A stretch of 64,000 bases of DNA, taken from the NCBI GenBank assembly GCA_016189835.1, contig JACPRU010000040.1:1230-65229 (forward strand), in the 5' to 3' direction. This stretch comes from Deltaproteobacteria bacterium. Lineage in GTDB: Bacteria > Desulfobacterota > Binatia > JACPRU01. A program made the translations under genes and the position numbers. The notes under the pieces were generated by a model. That model was not told the origin of the DNA and ran no database searches. It worked only from the letters and a program-made list of their open reading frames with translations. Shown piece after piece: positions 61,703-64,000 of this stretch (positions within the stretch are counted from its first letter, which is position 1; each line of letters begins with the position of its first letter).

Positions 61703-63043
61703 GTGGAGACCCGGGATTCGCCGCCCGTCTTCCGATCGGGAACCGACGTGGACGCCTCCTTCGCACGACCGTACGTCATCTCCTGGAACCTGACGTATCG
61801 CTGCAACCTGGCCTGCGAGCACTGCTACCTCGACGCCGGCGGCAAGCCCGAGGTCGCCGCCCCCGCCTTCGCGGACCGCAGCGAGCTATCGACCGAGGAA
61901 TGCCTGCGCGTCGCCGACGAGATCGCCGCCTTCGCCCCGGACTGCCTGCTGATCCTGACGGGCGGGGAGCCGCTGCTGCGGCGCGACATCCTGGAGATCG
62001 TCCGCCACGCCGCGGCCCGGGGGCTGTGGGTGGTGGTGGGCACCAACGGCGTGAAGATCACCGAGAACCTCGCGGAGATCCTGCGCCGCGAGGGAGCCCG
62101 CGGCCTGTCGCTCTCGCTCGACGCGCTGGACCCGGAGCGGCACGACCGCTTCCGCCGCGTGCGCGGCGCGTGGCGCAACACCGTGGAGGGCGCCAAGATC
62201 CTCGCGCGCGCGGGCCTGCCGTTCATCGTGCAGACCACCGTCGCCCGCCACAACGTCGGCGAGCTCGCCGCCATCGCCGCGTTCGCCTGCGAAGAGCTCG
62301 CGGCGAGCGTGTGGAACCTCTTCTTCCTGGTTCCGACCGGCCGCGGGGCGCACGTCTCCGACCTCGACGCCGCCGCCTACGACGGCGTGCTCGCCGAGCT
62401 GCAACGGCTGCAGCGCCGCTTCGCCGGGCGCATGCTGGTCAACGCGAAGTGCGCGCCGCACTACGTCCGGCTGCTGCAGGGCGAAGCGGGGCAGGGGGCG
62501 GTGGTCAAGGGCTACGCCGGCGGCGCCGGCGGCTGTCCCGCGGGCACCCACTACCTCGGCATCCGTCCGAACGGCGACGTCACGCCGTGCCCCTACCTGC
62601 CGCTGTTCGGCGGAACGTTGAAGCGCTCGACCCTGCGCGAGATCTGGAGCGATTCGGATCCGTTCGTGCGCATCCGCGACCGCGCGCGGCTCGGCGGCCG
62701 CTGCGGCGCTTGCGAGCTGAACGCGGCCTGCGGCGGCTGTCGCGCACGCGCCTTCGGCATGACCGGCGACGTGCTCGCCGAGGACCCGCTGTGCACGCAT
62801 CAGCCCGGAACCTTCGGCCGGCCGGCGGCCCCGGACGTCGAGTACGGCGGGGCGGTCGAGACGACGCTGCCGTGGGACGCGGCGGCGCGCGAGCGCATGC
62901 AGCAGGTCCCCGCCTTCGTGCGCGGCATGGTCAGCCGCCGCGTCGAGGCCTACTGCCGCGAGCAGGGGCTGCCGCGCGTCACCGAGCAGGTGCTCGGCGA
63001 GATCCGCGCGCGCATGCCGACGCCGAAGCTGTTCGGCAGATGA
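61703..63043 (+). CDS. Radical SAM/SPASM enzyme (AhbD/NirJ-like haem-modifying type) with C-terminal PCP_red-like domain
   Basis: GTG start immediately after the upstream stop. CNLACEHC (CxxxCxxC), GGEPLL, SPASM Cys clusters (CPAGTHYLGIRPNGDVTPCPY; CGACELNAACGGCRARA). C-terminal LPWDAAARERMQQVPAFVRGMVSRRVEAYCREQGLPRV. Confidence 0.85.
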   Translation: METRDSPPVFRSGTDVDASFARPYVISWNLTYRCNLACEHCYLDAGGKPEVAAPAFADRSELSTEECLRVADEIAAFAPDCLLILTGGEPLLRRDILEIVRHAAARGLWVVVGTNGVKITENLAEILRREGARGLSLSLDALDPERHDRFRRVRGAWRNTVEGAKILARAGLPFIVQTTVARHNVGELAAIAAFACEELAASVWNLFFLVPTGRGAHVSDLDAAAYDGVLAELQRLQRRFAGRMLVNAKCAPHYVRLLQGEAGQGAVVKGYAGGAGGCPAGTHYLGIRPNGDVTPCPYLPLFGGTLKRSTLREIWSDSDPFVRIRDRARLGGRCGACELNAACGGCRARAFGMTGDVLAEDPLCTHQPGTFGRPAAPDVEYGGAVETTLPWDAAARERMQQVPAFVRGMVSRRVEAYCREQGLPRVTEQVLGEIRARMPTPKLFGR

Positions 63044-63059
63044 CGGGGCGCTCCCGCGA

Positions 63060-63662
63060 ATGGCGTCGCGCCTGATCCTCCCGGTTCACTACGACTTCTC
63101 GTCGACGATCTGCTTCGTCGCCCATCGCGTGCTCGAGCGCATGCACGACCAGCTCGAGGAGATGGGCGTCGAGCTGCGCTGGCGCCCGCTCGACCTGGTG
63201 GCGCTCAGCGGCTGGCGCCGCGGCGCAGAGGTCGCTGGCCCGCGGCGCGACAACGCGTTGCGCGTGGCGAGCGAGCTCGACGTCGCGGTGCGCATGCCGG
63301 CGGTGCTGCTCGATTCGCGGCGGGCGCACGCGGTGGCGCTCGCGCTCGCGGACGGACCGCGCGAGGCGGCGTGGCGGGAGCGCGTGTGGAGCGCGGTCTT
63401 CGAGGAGGGCCGTGACATCGGCGAGGAGGGAGAGATCGAGCGGCTCGCCGCCGATCTGACGATCGATCTTCGCGCCGTGGAAGGCGCGGGCGACCTCGCG
63501 CGCCTGGAAGCCGAGACCGATGCCGCGCGCGAGGCCGAGGTGACCGGCGTCCCCACCTTCCACGTCGGCTTCCCGCTCGGCGGCATCCAGGACCCGCACA
63601 CCATGAAGCTGCTGTTCCAGCGCTGGGTCGACCGGCAGCGCCGGGTGCGCTCGGGCGAGTGA
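63060..63662 (+). CDS. DsbA-like thioredoxin-fold protein (FrnE/HCCA-isomerase type) with SxxC in place of CxxC
   Basis: 200 aa. YDFSSTICFVAH at the active-site position and a C-terminal EAEVTGVPTFHVG typical of DSBA-like proteins. Confidence 0.55.
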   Translation: MASRLILPVHYDFSSTICFVAHRVLERMHDQLEEMGVELRWRPLDLVALSGWRRGAEVAGPRRDNALRVASELDVAVRMPAVLLDSRRAHAVALALADGPREAAWRERVWSAVFEEGRDIGEEGEIERLAADLTIDLRAVEGAGDLARLEAETDAAREAEVTGVPTFHVGFPLGGIQDPHTMKLLFQRWVDRQRRVRSGE

Positions 63663-63702
63663 ACCGCGCCGGCCGTCGACGCGACCGTCGCGGGCGGCGG
63701 CT

Positions 63703-64000
63703 TCAGCGAAGCGCGCGTTGCAGCGCCGGCCGCGCCTCGAGGCGGGCGAGGTAGGCGAGCAGGTTGGGGGTGCGCGCGTCGAGCACCTCGAACCGTCGCG
63801 CGATCAGCAGCGTCACGCCCATCATCACGTCGGCGGCGGAGAATTCGCCGCCGAGCAGGTAGTCCTTGCCCTCGAGCGAGCGCTCGGCGACGGCGAACGT
63901 CGCGGCGGCGCGGCCGCGGGCGTCCTCGACCACCGCGGCGATGCGCTCCGCCTCGGGCTTGAAGATCGTGTGGCGAACGATGTCGCCGAGCGGCGGCATC
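63703..64000 (-). CDS. Glutathione S-transferase, C-terminal part (N-terminus beyond window edge)
   Basis: KDYLLGGEFSAADVMMGVTL...LAYLARLEARPALQRA is typical of the GST C-terminal domain. Confidence 0.6.
   Translation of the reverse strand, partial: MPPLGDIVRHTIFKPEAERIAAVVEDARGRAAATFAVAERSLEGKDYLLGGEFSAADVMMGVTLLIARRFEVLDARTPNLLAYLARLEARPALQRALR

Overview
About 70% GC bacterial chromosomal window, densely coded. I call roughly 64 genes and see no rRNA, tRNA or CRISPR. All calls come from reading the ORF track and the DNA by eye (motifs, GC3 frame bias, start/stop overlaps). No database search was run, and start codons are often uncertain. Many very long track ORFs are antisense or off-frame artefacts of the high GC content.

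Layout:
- 1-8220 (-): complete V/A-type ATPase operon in Thermus-like order G-I-K-E-C-F-A-B-D, preceded by a perfect sigma-54 -24/-12 core.
- 8.3-26.5 kb: mixed housekeeping and accessory genes, including metH, apaG, typA, transporters and hydrolases. It also holds a REP-associated tyrosine transposase (RAYT) flanked by inverted REP copies. The same 17-nt REP core recurs as hairpin doublets at two convergent gene junctions. Several gene remnants lie here: an FAD-oxidoreductase N-terminus, a VOC N-terminus and a frame-disrupted prepilin.
- 26.5-43.3 kb: acyl-CoA metabolism and redox genes. These include three further ACADs, a family III CoA-transferase coupled to fabD-fabG, sthA, an orphan pntAA, an epoxide hydrolase and a PAS histidine kinase.
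- 44.6-48.0 kb (-): hemY-hemH plus a Cys-less SCO-like protein, divergent from the cluster below.
- 48.2-63.7 kb (+): a 14-gene co-directional cluster, the main candidate for an undescribed system. It has Alternative Complex III-type ActA/ActB/ActE but no NrfD-type ActC/ActF and no ActD. In their place it carries a 623-aa CydA-like (cytochrome bd-like) membrane protein without CydB, two membrane-anchored monohaem cytochromes c, and a dihaem cytochrome c fused to an EB_dh-like haem-b domain. Directly downstream is a putative maturation module: a tandem-Usp protein, a zinc-ribbon protein and a radical-SAM/SPASM (AhbD/NirJ-like) enzyme. Together these carry five copies of a PCP_red-like domain, and they sit alongside a GNAT, an Mrp/NBP35 ATPase and a DsbA-like protein.

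Two strong structured DNA elements are also present: a 23-bp perfect nested palindrome at the actB/actE junction and a 41-nt imperfect inverted repeat at 40.6 kb.
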